Shown here piece after piece: positions 49,892-59,362 of a stretch of 64,000 bases of DNA (the first letter of the stretch is position 1; every line of letters begins with the position of its first letter). The notes beneath the pieces are model-generated. The model worked only from the letters and a program-made list of their open reading frames with translations, had not been told where the DNA came from and did not search any database. Made by a program: the position numbers and the translations under genes. This stretch comes from an uncultured Chloroflexia bacterium (GTDB lineage: Bacteria; Chloroflexota; Limnocylindria; Limnocylindrales; CSP1-4). The stretch spans positions 192,001 through 256,000 of the forward strand of contig CAWHXD010000017.1 of the NCBI GenBank assembly GCA_963833225.1, in the 5' to 3' direction.

Positions 49892-50136
49892 TCCACGACG
49901 ATGCCGCGTTGATGCTCGCCGCCGGGTCCGTCCTCGGGGACCTGGCGCCTGACGAGCGTGCGGCGTATCAAGGGCACCGGGACAGCTGCGTCGAGTGTCG
50001 CCAGGTCGAGCGGGAGCTGGACCAGGTGATGACCGATCTCTCCCTGGCCGCCCCGGAACGCGTGCCGCCGCCCGGGCTACTGGATGACGTCCGGCGAGCG
50101 CTGGCTGCGGAGCGGCAACGGCCGGTGACCCGCTGA
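49888..50136 (+). CDS. Short zf-HC2 (ZAS) anti-sigma factor
   Basis: ATGA overlap with sigma; HRDSCVEC (HxxxCxxC), PPPGL. Confidence 0.75.
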   Translation: MIHDDAALMLAAGSVLGDLAPDERAAYQGHRDSCVECRQVERELDQVMTDLSLAAPERVPPPGLLDDVRRALAAERQRPVTR

Positions 50137-50164
50137 CCTCCCGGCGGCGAGCTGTCGGCCCGCC

Positions 50165-51385
50165 TCAGGACCAGACGGCGGTGCCCAGCACCCACAGCCA
50201 CGCATCCAGGGCACCCAGCGCGAGCACCCCGACCAGCTGGATCGCCGCGTGGCCCCTCGTGCCGAACAGCGGCACGGTCGTCCCGGGCGCGGTTCCCGGC
50301 CGTCGCCAGAGCGAGCGGAGCGTGGGCACGCGCCCCGGCGCGAACAGGAGCCCGAGCCACAGGCCCGTCACCAGCCCACCGATGTGGGCCCAGTTGTCCA
50401 CGATGCCGCTCATCGCGAACCCCAGGATCAGGTTCAGGATCACGAGGCCCACGAACTGGCCCATGAATGCCCGTGCGCCGCGGTCGAGCACCGGCCGGTG
50501 GATGTACAGCCCGGAGATCATCAGGCCGAACAGGCCGAACAGCGCTCCGGACGCACCCACGCCCCCGGTCGCGCTGCCGAACGCGAATGTCGCCAGGGAC
50601 CCGCCGGCGGCCGCCGCGATGTAGACGAGCAGGAACGGGATGCGTCCGTACAGGCGCTCGGTGAACGGGCCGGCGAGATACAGCAGGTACATGTTGAACA
50701 GCAGGTGGAGCGGCATCTGGGTCAGCGGGGCATGGACCAGGGTCACGGTCCACAGGCGCCAGATCTCGCCGCCCGCGAGGGCCGGCTTGTCGAGCGCCAG
50801 CAGGTCACGCAGGCTGTTGCCCACCGGGCTCAGGCTGGGATCGGCGATCAGCGAGGTGATCACGGTGACGATCAGGATCCCGATCGCCAGCGACGGGCCA
50901 GTGTCACCGCGGGCGCGGGCGAAGTACTTGCCGGAGGCGCCCTTGTCACCGATCTCCTTGGCCAGCCAGCCCAGGCGCGACGCGATCTCGGCCTTGTCGT
51001 CGGACGGGGCCCGCCGGTCCGCTTCGCGGTAGGCGTTGAGCGCACCGCGCAGGTCGCCGGCGCGAACCCGCGCCGCGGCCACGTTCCGCCAGGCGGCGTA
51101 CGTGTGGTCGTTCTCGGGCAGCTGGGTGGCGGCCTCCCACTCGCCGAGCGCCTGGGCATCCTCGTTGAGCCGGTAGAGCGCCTCACCCAGGCCCAGCAGG
51201 GCGGCGGCCGTGATCGACGTGTCGTTGAACCCGATGACCCGCTGGTAGACGCGGGCGGCGTCGAGGAAGTCCGCCGACGCCATCAGGTCGGCGGCGTGGG
51301 TGAGGGCGGCGACGGCCGCCTCGCGGGAGAGCGGCCCTGACTGGTCCAGGAGGCCGCGCCTGTCGTAGCTGGGTTGATCGGTCAC
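50165..51385 (-). CDS. Rhomboid intramembrane serine protease with N-terminal TPR-like region
   Basis: WRLWT, HLLFNM, GASG, WAHIGG; helical repeats in first ~160 aa. Confidence 0.88.
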   Translation of the reverse strand: MTDQPSYDRRGLLDQSGPLSREAAVAALTHAADLMASADFLDAARVYQRVIGFNDTSITAAALLGLGEALYRLNEDAQALGEWEAATQLPENDHTYAAWRNVAAARVRAGDLRGALNAYREADRRAPSDDKAEIASRLGWLAKEIGDKGASGKYFARARGDTGPSLAIGILIVTVITSLIADPSLSPVGNSLRDLLALDKPALAGGEIWRLWTVTLVHAPLTQMPLHLLFNMYLLYLAGPFTERLYGRIPFLLVYIAAAAGGSLATFAFGSATGGVGASGALFGLFGLMISGLYIHRPVLDRGARAFMGQFVGLVILNLILGFAMSGIVDNWAHIGGLVTGLWLGLLFAPGRVPTLRSLWRRPGTAPGTTVPLFGTRGHAAIQLVGVLALGALDAWLWVLGTAVWS

Positions 51386-51438
51386 GAGCGCGAGAGTACC
51401 GGACGGGGCCTCTCGCGGCTCGCGGCTAGACTCTGGTC

Positions 51439-52143
51439 ATGTGCGGACGGTTCACCCAGCAGCGCCCCACGTCCGAGATCGCGCGGATCTTCGAGGCCGA
51501 GGACCTCGTCGACGATCCGGGCGGGCGGTTCAACGTGGCACCGACCGACGAGGCGGCCGTCGTCGTGCAGCGTGACGACCAGCGGGCCGTCGTCGCCTAC
51601 CGGTGGGGCCTGCAGCCGGCGTGGGCGGACCCCAAGCGCGCGTCAAAGGCGTTCAACGCCCGGGCCGAGACCCTGGCCACCAGCGGCCTCTTCCGCGATG
51701 CCTACCGCAAGCGACGCTGCCTTGTCCCGGTTGACGGCTTCTACGAGTGGCTCCGCGAGGGGTCGCGTCGCGTCCCGATGTGGATCCACGATCCTGCGAA
51801 GCGGCCGCTCGCGCTGGCCGGGCTGTGGACCGGGCGCAAGGACGAGGAGTCCGGCGAGTGGCTGCGCACCTTCACGATCATCACCACCTCGCCCAACGCG
51901 TTCATGGCCGACATCCACAACCGGATGCCGGTGGTAATCGCGCCCGGAGACTGGCCAACCTGGCTGGACCCCGAGCCCCGCGACCCGGGCGAGCTCCGGG
52001 CGCTGCTCGAGCCACGCGACAACCTGCCGCTCGCGGCGTTCGCCGTCTCAACCCTGGTGAACAACGTGCGCAACGACGGGCCGACCCTCATCCTGCCGGC
52101 CGAACCCGAGGCGGACCAGGAGTCCGCCTCGACGCTGTTCTAG
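51439..52143 (+). CDS. SOS response-associated peptidase (SRAP/YedK/HMCES family)
   Basis: MCGRF, FNVAPT, NARAET, DGFYEW, IHNRMPV. Confidence 0.93.
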   Translation: MCGRFTQQRPTSEIARIFEAEDLVDDPGGRFNVAPTDEAAVVVQRDDQRAVVAYRWGLQPAWADPKRASKAFNARAETLATSGLFRDAYRKRRCLVPVDGFYEWLREGSRRVPMWIHDPAKRPLALAGLWTGRKDEESGEWLRTFTIITTSPNAFMADIHNRMPVVIAPGDWPTWLDPEPRDPGELRALLEPRDNLPLAAFAVSTLVNNVRNDGPTLILPAEPEADQESASTLF

Positions 52144-52382
52144 GCCCGAAGCCGGTCTGGTGTCGCCGGCGAGGCCTGGGTTCGATCGGCAGCCGGCTGA
52201 GCCAGGTGCCGGCGCACGATCGACCCGACTCCCGGATCAGATCCGACCAGCACGAATGCGGCGAGCGCCAGCCCGAGGATGATGCCCAGGAAGGCGGGGA
52301 ATCCGGTCGCCATGGAGAGGAGGTTCCAGCCCCACCCAGCGGCGAGGAACCAGAGAACGGCCGTGACGCTTCGCAGGAGCAT
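52140..52382 (-). CDS. Small two-TM membrane protein
   Basis: Hydrophobic 80 aa; TAGCCT 6 nt before ATG. Confidence 0.55.
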   Translation of the reverse strand: MLLRSVTAVLWFLAAGWGWNLLSMATGFPAFLGIILGLALAAFVLVGSDPGVGSIVRRHLAQPAADRTQASPATPDRLRA

Positions 52383-52469
52383 GCATCAAGGCTATGCGTC
52401 CGCTTGCCCGGAGCCAGATCCCAGCGGTACCAGTCCCCAGACGCCAGTCGTCATGGTCGCGCACGGTCG

Positions 52470-53927
52470 CTACTCGACGAGCCCGACTCCCTTGAGATGG
52501 AACAGGTTGTCCGGGTTGTAGTTGATCGTGAACGACGCGCCAGAGCCATTCACCTGGAAGTTGTAGCAGATGACCTGCGTGGACAGGACGGTGCTGGAGC
52601 TGCCGTTGAACTTCACGGAGCCGCTCGCCGCGTAGATGGTTCCGGTCACGTCCAGCGTGGAGCCCTCGCCGTTGAGGTCGATGTCGTCCCCGCCACCCGC
52701 GGCGGCATCCCGATCCACGAAGATAACCATTCCCTCGTAGAGCCCGGACTCGATGGGCCGGAGAGCCAGCGTGGAGCCGTCTCCGCCGTTGAGGTGGATC
52801 GGGCCGTATCCGCCGCCCGCCGCATCCGTGGTGTTGTAGATGAGCACGCCGCCGGTCGGGTCGGTTCCCGTGTTGTCGCCCGAGGCCTTGGTGATGAGCG
52901 CGCCGTGGTCGCCGCCGGTGCTTCGAATCTCGATGCCGCCGCCGCCGATCCAGTAGAGGCCGGGCTCCATGTAGACGGTTGCCCGGGTCACCTCGAGGCC
53001 GCCCGGGTAGTTGCCAGGGAAGATCCGGTAGGTCTTGCCGCCCATCGTCGGCTTGCTGAACGAGCAGACCGCGGGAGCGCCGTCCGTGGCCGGGCTCGAG
53101 CCACCGGGACAGCCGTTGGGAATCGGACCCGGGATGGCATCGATCGGCTGGACCGCCGCCGGCATGCCCGGCTTGTCGGGCACGGCGAGGTCGCGCAGCG
53201 GGTCACCCGAGACGAGCACGCCGCTCGGGGCCGAGGTGCAGTTGTTCACGGCTCCACCGCTCGTCTGGATCTGTCCCACGACGTCGCACTGCGGAGCGGT
53301 CAACACCCCGTTGCCGCTGAGCAGGACCGCATCGGTCGGGCAATCGGAGTCGATGTGGACCGTCCCATCGGAGGTCACATTCGTGCCCGGCGCCCCGTTG
53401 ATCTTGTTCGTCCCGCAGCCGTGCGGATCGAGGGCCAGCAGCGAGTACGGCAGGGCGATATCGCCACCGTTCTTGGCGACGCCCATGGCGCCCGTCTGCT
53501 GCTCAGTGATTCCGAGGACGCCGAGGAAGATCGAGGGACGCGTCGACCCGATCGTCACCTCGATGTGCCCGGGGAGACCGGCTTTCGTCGAGGGCGCGAC
53601 CGGCGGGAGATCCACCCGGACGGTCCGCGCGTCCTGGCCGTCGAGATAGCCATGCTCCGCCGCCACCTCGCAGGCCGTGTCGATCGCGGCCAGGCCCGAG
53701 TGTGGCGTCGAGCAGCCGCCGTGGAACGTGTACCCGGCACCCACGATGTAGCGCGCGCCCGCGAGCGCTGCCGCGTCCGACGCATTCTGTTCGGTGCGCC
53801 GATCGAGCAGGTTCTGGCCCACGTCAAAGACGAGTGCGGCGACGACGCAGAGCGCGACGAGCCCGCCGGCCACGAGGACGAGGATCTGGCCCTGCTCGTT
53901 GGAGCGTCGGTCAGTTGTTGATGACAA
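52470..53927 (-). CDS. TadG-like pilus tip/pseudopilin protein
   Basis: EQGQILVLVA processing motif, DVGQ...QNASDAAALAGA, large Gly/Cys-rich extracellular domain. Confidence 0.8.
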   Translation of the reverse strand: MSSTTDRRSNEQGQILVLVAGGLVALCVVAALVFDVGQNLLDRRTEQNASDAAALAGARYIVGAGYTFHGGCSTPHSGLAAIDTACEVAAEHGYLDGQDARTVRVDLPPVAPSTKAGLPGHIEVTIGSTRPSIFLGVLGITEQQTGAMGVAKNGGDIALPYSLLALDPHGCGTNKINGAPGTNVTSDGTVHIDSDCPTDAVLLSGNGVLTAPQCDVVGQIQTSGGAVNNCTSAPSGVLVSGDPLRDLAVPDKPGMPAAVQPIDAIPGPIPNGCPGGSSPATDGAPAVCSFSKPTMGGKTYRIFPGNYPGGLEVTRATVYMEPGLYWIGGGGIEIRSTGGDHGALITKASGDNTGTDPTGGVLIYNTTDAAGGGYGPIHLNGGDGSTLALRPIESGLYEGMVIFVDRDAAAGGGDDIDLNGEGSTLDVTGTIYAASGSVKFNGSSSTVLSTQVICYNFQVNGSGASFTINYNPDNLFHLKGVGLVE

Positions 53928-54387
53928 GGGTCGACGCTCCTTTCACCGAGACGGGCGGGATGGGCACCAGCGGGATGGCCGATGTGAAGGCGTACGTCAC
54001 CTCGACGGTCACGGTCGTTCCGCGGTCGTTGTCGGGGACGGCTGGCGGCGTCCCCCACGTCGGCGTGATCGTGAGCATTGACGGATCGTCGATCCCGATG
54101 ACGCCAATCGCGTAGTTGCGGACGACCGCGATCACCGCGGTTCCGCTCGGGTCGTTGGGCGGCCCGGTTGGCGACAGCGACGCCGCGCCGTGGACGATCG
54201 CGTACCGGGCCCCTTCGCGCGCCGCGTTGTTGAGGATCTGCACGTAGTAGACGTAGCGACCGAAGTCGATGATCGCGAACAGGAGCAGGAAGAACAGCGG
54301 CGCGACGATGGAGAACTCGACAAGGGCCTGGCCACGACTCCTCGAGCCGGGCGGGCGAGATCCAGCCGCATGCACAGCGCGCATCAC
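53911..54387 (-). CDS. TadE family pseudopilin
   Basis: RGQALVEFSIV, NAAREGARYA. Confidence 0.88.
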   Translation of the reverse strand: MMRAVHAAGSRPPGSRSRGQALVEFSIVAPLFFLLLFAIIDFGRYVYYVQILNNAAREGARYAIVHGAASLSPTGPPNDPSGTAVIAVVRNYAIGVIGIDDPSMLTITPTWGTPPAVPDNDRGTTVTVEVTYAFTSAIPLVPIPPVSVKGASTLVINN

Positions 54388-54974
54388 GGCCCCACCGGCT
54401 GGAGGTCAGAGATCCGGAAGTAGCTGTCTCGATTGGCCTGGATCACCGCGGGAAGCGGCGGGATCGCGAGGATGAGGTGGAACTGGTAGCTCACCCGGAC
54501 GTGCACCGTGCAGGGCGGCTCGGTTGTGGCGATGGAGCAGTCGACGCCGTCGGTGACGCCTCCTGAGGTCCCGCAGTCGGTGGAGGCGCCGTTGCGTTCC
54601 AGCGTGCACGTGATCGTCGGGTTGGTGCAGGTCGTGTTGTTGACCGGGTCGGTCGTCTCGTAGTCCTGGAGGTGGCTGCCAGCCACCGACGTGCAGGCGC
54701 GGCGCTCCATCTCGCCGATCGTCACCGGGATGTTGACAGGCGACCAGTTCGTTGCCGCGAAGGCGCCGTAGTCCGCAGCCTCGCGCGCGGCGGACTCGAC
54801 CGCAACGACGCTGTTGTAGAGCCGCCCGAGATCGGCGATCCCAACGAGGAGCAGCAGCAGGATCGGGAAGACCAGCGCGAACTCGACGACGCTCTGGCCA
54901 GCGCGCCGGAGGAATGGCGCGCGCGGTGCGGAGAACAGCATGGGCACCCGGCTGTCCCCGGCGGCAGCGGACAC
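54384..54974 (-). CDS. TadE family pseudopilin
   Basis: AGQSVVEFALV, SAAREAADY; start uncertain. Confidence 0.85.
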   Translation of the reverse strand: MSAAAGDSRVPMLFSAPRAPFLRRAGQSVVEFALVFPILLLLLVGIADLGRLYNSVVAVESAAREAADYGAFAATNWSPVNIPVTIGEMERRACTSVAGSHLQDYETTDPVNNTTCTNPTITCTLERNGASTDCGTSGGVTDGVDCSIATTEPPCTVHVRVSYQFHLILAIPPLPAVIQANRDSYFRISDLQPVGP

Positions 54975-55042
54975 CTAGCGTAGGGCGCCGTCCTTGCGGC
55001 CAACCTTGCCAGATGGCCCATAGGTCCTGGTACGTGGTGACA

Positions 55043-55687
55043 TCAGGCAACGCTGCCGCCGACGCCACCAAGGGCCGCCTGAAACGCCTCGCCGGACCCG
55101 GTCCCTGCGTCCAGGCGAGCCGCGAAGGCCCCCACGAACTCGGCGAACGCCCCCTCGCCACCGGCCGGCGTCGCGAGCACGGTGGTACCGGTGGGCAGCC
55201 CATCAGGCGGCGCGGCCTGTTCCGGGACCAGCACCACCAGGGAGGCCCCCGCGAATGCGGCTCCGTCCACGCACGCCGGGATCACTTCGGGCGGGACGTC
55301 GTCCGTGACCACGAGGACGCGGTACGACGTGAGGTACGACAGGCCGAGGGCGACATCGGCGGGCTGGAGCCGGGGCGCCGGGCTCAACGAGGCGGCGGAT
55401 CCCGCAGGCCCTGGCTCGACGTCGACAACGTCGGCTGGCCCCGGGTCGGGCGTCGGGCGCTGGACGGACGTCGGTTGCGCCGGATCGCGAAGCACGGCCA
55501 CGTGGCCGACGCCAGCCCGTGAGAGCCCGATCAGGAGGGCATCACCCATCGCGTCGTCGCCGATCCGGCCGACCAACTCCACGGACGAGCCGGCGATGGC
55601 GGCGGCGGCGGCAATGGCACAGGTCAGCCCCGCGGGTCCGGCCGGGTCGAAGGGACGCCATGCCGGTGAGCCGACGATGACGATCAT
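55043..55687 (-). CDS. Short degenerate PfkB-like protein
   Basis: VELVGRIGDDAMGDALL...AGVGH; lacks GAGD; TAGGCT 6 nt before ATG. Confidence 0.55.
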   Translation of the reverse strand: MIVIVGSPAWRPFDPAGPAGLTCAIAAAAAIAGSSVELVGRIGDDAMGDALLIGLSRAGVGHVAVLRDPAQPTSVQRPTPDPGPADVVDVEPGPAGSAASLSPAPRLQPADVALGLSYLTSYRVLVVTDDVPPEVIPACVDGAAFAGASLVVLVPEQAAPPDGLPTGTTVLATPAGGEGAFAEFVGAFAARLDAGTGSGEAFQAALGGVGGSVA

Positions 55688-55744
55688 CGGTCCAGCCTAG
55701 CGCGCCCTGCCCGCCGGCGCGACGCGGATCGAGCCCCTCAGGCC

Positions 55745-56515
55745 CTAGTTGTCGTCGTGGGTGGGGCCCGGGGAAGGGCTGCCGCTCGGCCGAGGCGTCG
55801 ACGTCTCGTCCTCATGGTCGTCCGTCGGCTCCGGGGTCGGCTTGGCCGTGGGCTTGGAGGTTGGCCGCGGTGTCGACGCGGAGGCTCCGCCCGATCCCTT
55901 GCCGCTGCCGGCATCCCCGGGCTCCTGCGTCTCGCCGGGATCTGGCGTCTCCGGGGAGGCCGAGATCGGGGGCTCGAGCTGTCCGTCGGGTGAAGGGGTT
56001 GGCAGCTCGAACGTCACCTGGGGTGTCTCGGTCGGTTCAGGAGCCGCCGACTCCGGCGTCGGCGTCGGTCCCGGCTGGGTCGGGGCAGGAGAGGGCGAGC
56101 TGTGGTCATCAAAGATACCCAGGGCCCCGGCGCCAACGACCCCGGACCCTCCCGCGACAACCGCCACGAGCAGGACCAGCGCGAAGGACTGGGCGCGGAC
56201 GGCAACCGGGAACCCACCCCCGAACGCGACCCGGAACGAGTCCCGCAGGGACCGGAGGAACCCGGCCATCTCGCGGTGTCGCAGCGCGCTCCCGGCCGCG
56301 ATGACCGGAGCCGGGACCGGCTCCGTGGCAATCGCGCCCATCACCCTGTCCGCAAATCCGGCTGACGGGGCCGCTCCCCCGCGTGCGGCCACGCTTTCGA
56401 TGTCCCGCGCGAGACGCGTCTCCGCGGCCAGCTGCTCGGGATTGATCCCGGGAACGCCGTCCAGCTCATCGGGGCCGAACGGCCGCGGGCGCTCGTTGGG
56501 GCGGTTGCCGGTCAT
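55745..56515 (-). CDS. Putative membrane anti-sigma factor
   Basis: Coupled to ECF sigma; PSAGFADRVM, one TM, Pro/Ser/Thr-rich tail. Confidence 0.65.
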   Translation of the reverse strand: MTGNRPNERPRPFGPDELDGVPGINPEQLAAETRLARDIESVAARGGAAPSAGFADRVMGAIATEPVPAPVIAAGSALRHREMAGFLRSLRDSFRVAFGGGFPVAVRAQSFALVLLVAVVAGGSGVVGAGALGIFDDHSSPSPAPTQPGPTPTPESAAPEPTETPQVTFELPTPSPDGQLEPPISASPETPDPGETQEPGDAGSGKGSGGASASTPRPTSKPTAKPTPEPTDDHEDETSTPRPSGSPSPGPTHDDN

Positions 56516-57144
56516 CGGTCCGACTCCTCGAGGACGCGGCGCAGTCGCCCCAGGCCCCGATGCAGATGGGTCTTCACGGTGCCGAGTGGCCGTCCGGTCG
56601 CCTCGGCGATCTCCTGGAGGCTCCGCTCAGCGAAGAATCGCAGCGCAACGACCTCTCGATACGGCTCGTCGAGGGAGGCGACGGCCGCCCGGATCTGGGC
56701 ATGGCGCTCGGTGCGCAGGAGCGTGTGTGCCGGATCCACCGCGTCGCCGACGCCCATGGTCCGGAAGCGCTCCTGGTTGGGTTGATCCGCCTCGGCCGCC
56801 AGCGGGTCAAGCCAGGCGACCTGCTTGCGGGTCTGGGCCCGACGGACGGCAAGCCGGACCGCGATGCGGCTCAGCCAGGCCCCAAACGCGCCGTCGGCGC
56901 GCCAGGTCCCGAGCGAGCGATACGCGATCACGAATGCCTCCTGTGCCACGTCCTCGGCTTCGCCACGATCGCCCAGCACGCGTGCGCACGACGCGACAAC
57001 CGAAGCCCCTTCGCGATCCACGAGGATCCGGAAGGCGTTGCGGTCACCGGCGAGCACCGCGTCGACGATCGTTCGGTCATCGAATGTGGCTCCGGTGTCC
57101 AGGTTGCTGGTCACGATCCGGTCTGCCAGGGCTGCGAGCTCCAT
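56512..57144 (-). CDS. ECF sigma factor (SigW-like)
   Basis: EAEDVAQEAF, WLSRIA, EIAEATGRPLGTVKTHLHR. Confidence 0.9.
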   Translation of the reverse strand: MELAALADRIVTSNLDTGATFDDRTIVDAVLAGDRNAFRILVDREGASVVASCARVLGDRGEAEDVAQEAFVIAYRSLGTWRADGAFGAWLSRIAVRLAVRRAQTRKQVAWLDPLAAEADQPNQERFRTMGVGDAVDPAHTLLRTERHAQIRAAVASLDEPYREVVALRFFAERSLQEIAEATGRPLGTVKTHLHRGLGRLRRVLEESDR

Positions 57145-57269
57145 CCTGCGGGTTGTCGAGTCTGCCCGACGGCTCGGCTCGGCAAGGACCGATCCGACAC
57201 CCGAGATGGTCGCGCATCGGATCGGCACTCACCGCGGACGGAGGTTACAGGGATCCTGGCCGGATCGGA

Positions 57270-57806
57270 TCAGTCATCGCTGCCGGGGTCGCCGCCATGA
57301 TCACCGCCGCCACTGTGGTCGCCGTCGCCGTCCTGGGAGCCACTGTCATGGCCACCCTCGTCGCCGGGACCGCTGTGCTCGCCCTGGTCGTTGTCGTCGC
57401 CCTGGTCGTTGTCGTCGCCCTGGTCGTTGTCGTCGCCCTGGTCGCCCGCGCTGGGCCCGCTGTTGTCACGGGCTCCGCCCTTGTCGCTGGCGCTGCCCTC
57501 GTCCACCTTCGCCTTGGCGTGGTCGTCGGTGGCGTCGGGGGTTGCGTCGTCCGCCTCGGGCGATTCGGTGGCCTCGGCCGTCGCCGTCGCCTCGGGCGAC
57601 TCGGTGGCCTCGGCCGTCGCCGTCGCCTCGGGCGACTCGGTGGCCTCGGGCGACTCGGTGGCCTCGTCCGTGGCCGAGACGGGCGCGGTGTCCGCGCTCC
57701 GTCCGCCGGCGACGAAGCTGCTGGTGGCGAAGGCCGCGCCGGCGACCAGGAACAGGGTCACCGCGGCGGTACCCGCCGAGCGGATGATCGTCTCTTTCGA
57801 GCGCAT
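57270..57806 (-). CDS. Secreted acidic low-complexity repeat protein
   Basis: Signal peptide ending AAFA; ATESPE/ATAEATESPE and DQGDDN repeats; His/Asp/Gly-rich tail. Confidence 0.7.
   Translation of the reverse strand: MRSKETIIRSAGTAAVTLFLVAGAAFATSSFVAGGRSADTAPVSATDEATESPEATESPEATATAEATESPEATATAEATESPEADDATPDATDDHAKAKVDEGSASDKGGARDNSGPSAGDQGDDNDQGDDNDQGDDNDQGEHSGPGDEGGHDSGSQDGDGDHSGGGDHGGDPGSDD
57381..57666. repeat. Intragenic tandem repeats (18-bp and 36-bp units)
   Basis: GCCCTGGTCGTTGTCGTC x3.5 at 57381-57444; GCCTCGGGCGACTCGGTG-based units at 57553-57666. Confidence 0.85.
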
Positions 57807-57958
57807 GGGTGGTTTGCTCCAAGATGGCTCGGCATCCCTCGCTGGTGCCGCTTCATCTCTCCAGAGGCGTCCGCGAGCCGGAAGGTTTCGGGCCGGCCCA
57901 CGTTCGTGGGTCCCCGGCCCGGTGCCTGGCCCACCCTCCGCGGCACCCCCGACCCTGC

Positions 57959-59362
57959 CTACCCCTCGGGGGCGTCCTCGGCGGCAGCGCCCGGCACGTC
58001 ATCCCGGACCACGTCGACCGGGCCGATCGCCGCCGCCTCGAGGTCCGCGCCAAACTGGTCGTGGTCGCCGACAAGCACGACGGCCGCGGCCTCGGGCCGG
58101 ATGTGGGCACGCGCGACCCGGAGCACGTCGCCGGCAGTCACCGCCTCGATCGACGACCGGTAGCGATCCAGCTCGTCGTCCGGCAGGCCATGGACAAACA
58201 GCCCGGCCAGGGATCCGGCCACGGGACCCGGGGTCTCGAACCGGAGCGGGAACACGCCGATCAGGTAGTTCCTGGCGGCTCGCAGCTCGTCGTCCGTGAC
58301 CGGCACCTCCCGGATCCGGTCCAGCTCGACCAGGAACTCGCGGAGCGCCGGAACGGTGACCTCGGTGTTCACCGCCGCGCGGGCCGAGAACGGGCCGTGT
58401 CCTCGACGCATGTCGAAGCCGGCGCTGGCGCCGTAGGTGTATCCCTTGTCCTCGCGGAGGTTCATGTTCAGGCGCGAGTTGAACAGGCCGCCCAGGATGG
58501 CGCTCATGACGACGACCGCGTGGTAGTCAGCGTGCAGGCGGGGCAGTCCCCGGTGTCCGATCCGGATCTCGGATTGCACCGAGCCCGGTCGGTGGATGAC
58601 ACGCACGAACCGCGCATCGACCGCGCCGGCATCGTCGATGGGTCCCGCGGTCGCGGCATCCGGTCCGGTCCAGCTGCCGAACATCGACTCGGCTGCCCGG
58701 GCAACCGCGGCGGGATCCAGGTCACCCGCGACGACGAGCGCGCCGCGCGACGGCACGCAGGCTCGCCCGTGCACCGTTCGCAGCTCGGTCGGGGTCAGCC
58801 CGGCCACGGTGTCCGTCCCCCCGCCCGCCGGACGATGGTAGGGACTGCCGGACGCGTAGACCGCGGCGCTGAACGCCTGGTCGGCACGCCGCCGGGGGTC
58901 CGACTTGACCTGGAGCAGGTCGGTGAGGCGCTCGTCGCGGAGACGATCGACCTCGGTCCCGGGAAAGGCCGGGCGACGCACGACCTCCGCCAGCAGCTCG
59001 AGGGCAGGCTCGAGACGGTTGGCGGGAACATCCACTCCCGCGGAGAGCGCATCCCAGCCCGCCTCGGCATGGATGGAGGCACCGAGGCGCTCGGCGGCCT
59101 CGGTCAGCGCGATGGCATCACGCACCTCGGTGCCCTCGGTGAGCGCGCGGGCCGCCAGCACCGTGGCTCCGCCGGCGGCGGCCGGCTCATCGGATGCGCC
59201 GGCCCGGAACGAGAGCGAGACGGCCACCAGCTCGCGCCCGGGCATCGGGGTGACGACCACCTTGAGCCCGTTGGCGAGCGAGGACCGGAACGTGTGCGGG
59301 AACTCGAAGGGACGCGGCTCGCCAGGAACGGGCCGGACCCCGGGGGATCGCTGCCCGCTCAT
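57959..59362 (-). CDS. M16 peptidase family, non-catalytic-type subunit
   Basis: LANGLKV, LGGLFNSRLNMNLREDKGYTYGA; no HxxEH. Confidence 0.88.
   Translation of the reverse strand: MSGQRSPGVRPVPGEPRPFEFPHTFRSSLANGLKVVVTPMPGRELVAVSLSFRAGASDEPAAAGGATVLAARALTEGTEVRDAIALTEAAERLGASIHAEAGWDALSAGVDVPANRLEPALELLAEVVRRPAFPGTEVDRLRDERLTDLLQVKSDPRRRADQAFSAAVYASGSPYHRPAGGGTDTVAGLTPTELRTVHGRACVPSRGALVVAGDLDPAAVARAAESMFGSWTGPDAATAGPIDDAGAVDARFVRVIHRPGSVQSEIRIGHRGLPRLHADYHAVVVMSAILGGLFNSRLNMNLREDKGYTYGASAGFDMRRGHGPFSARAAVNTEVTVPALREFLVELDRIREVPVTDDELRAARNYLIGVFPLRFETPGPVAGSLAGLFVHGLPDDELDRYRSSIEAVTAGDVLRVARAHIRPEAAAVVLVGDHDQFGADLEAAAIGPVDVVRDDVPGAAAEDAPEG

Noticed and set aside
57869-57878. GTCCGCGAGC matches outside the array (also near 20528)
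   Set aside because: Only 10 nt, no right arm, one is inside a coding region; expected by chance in high-GC DNA.
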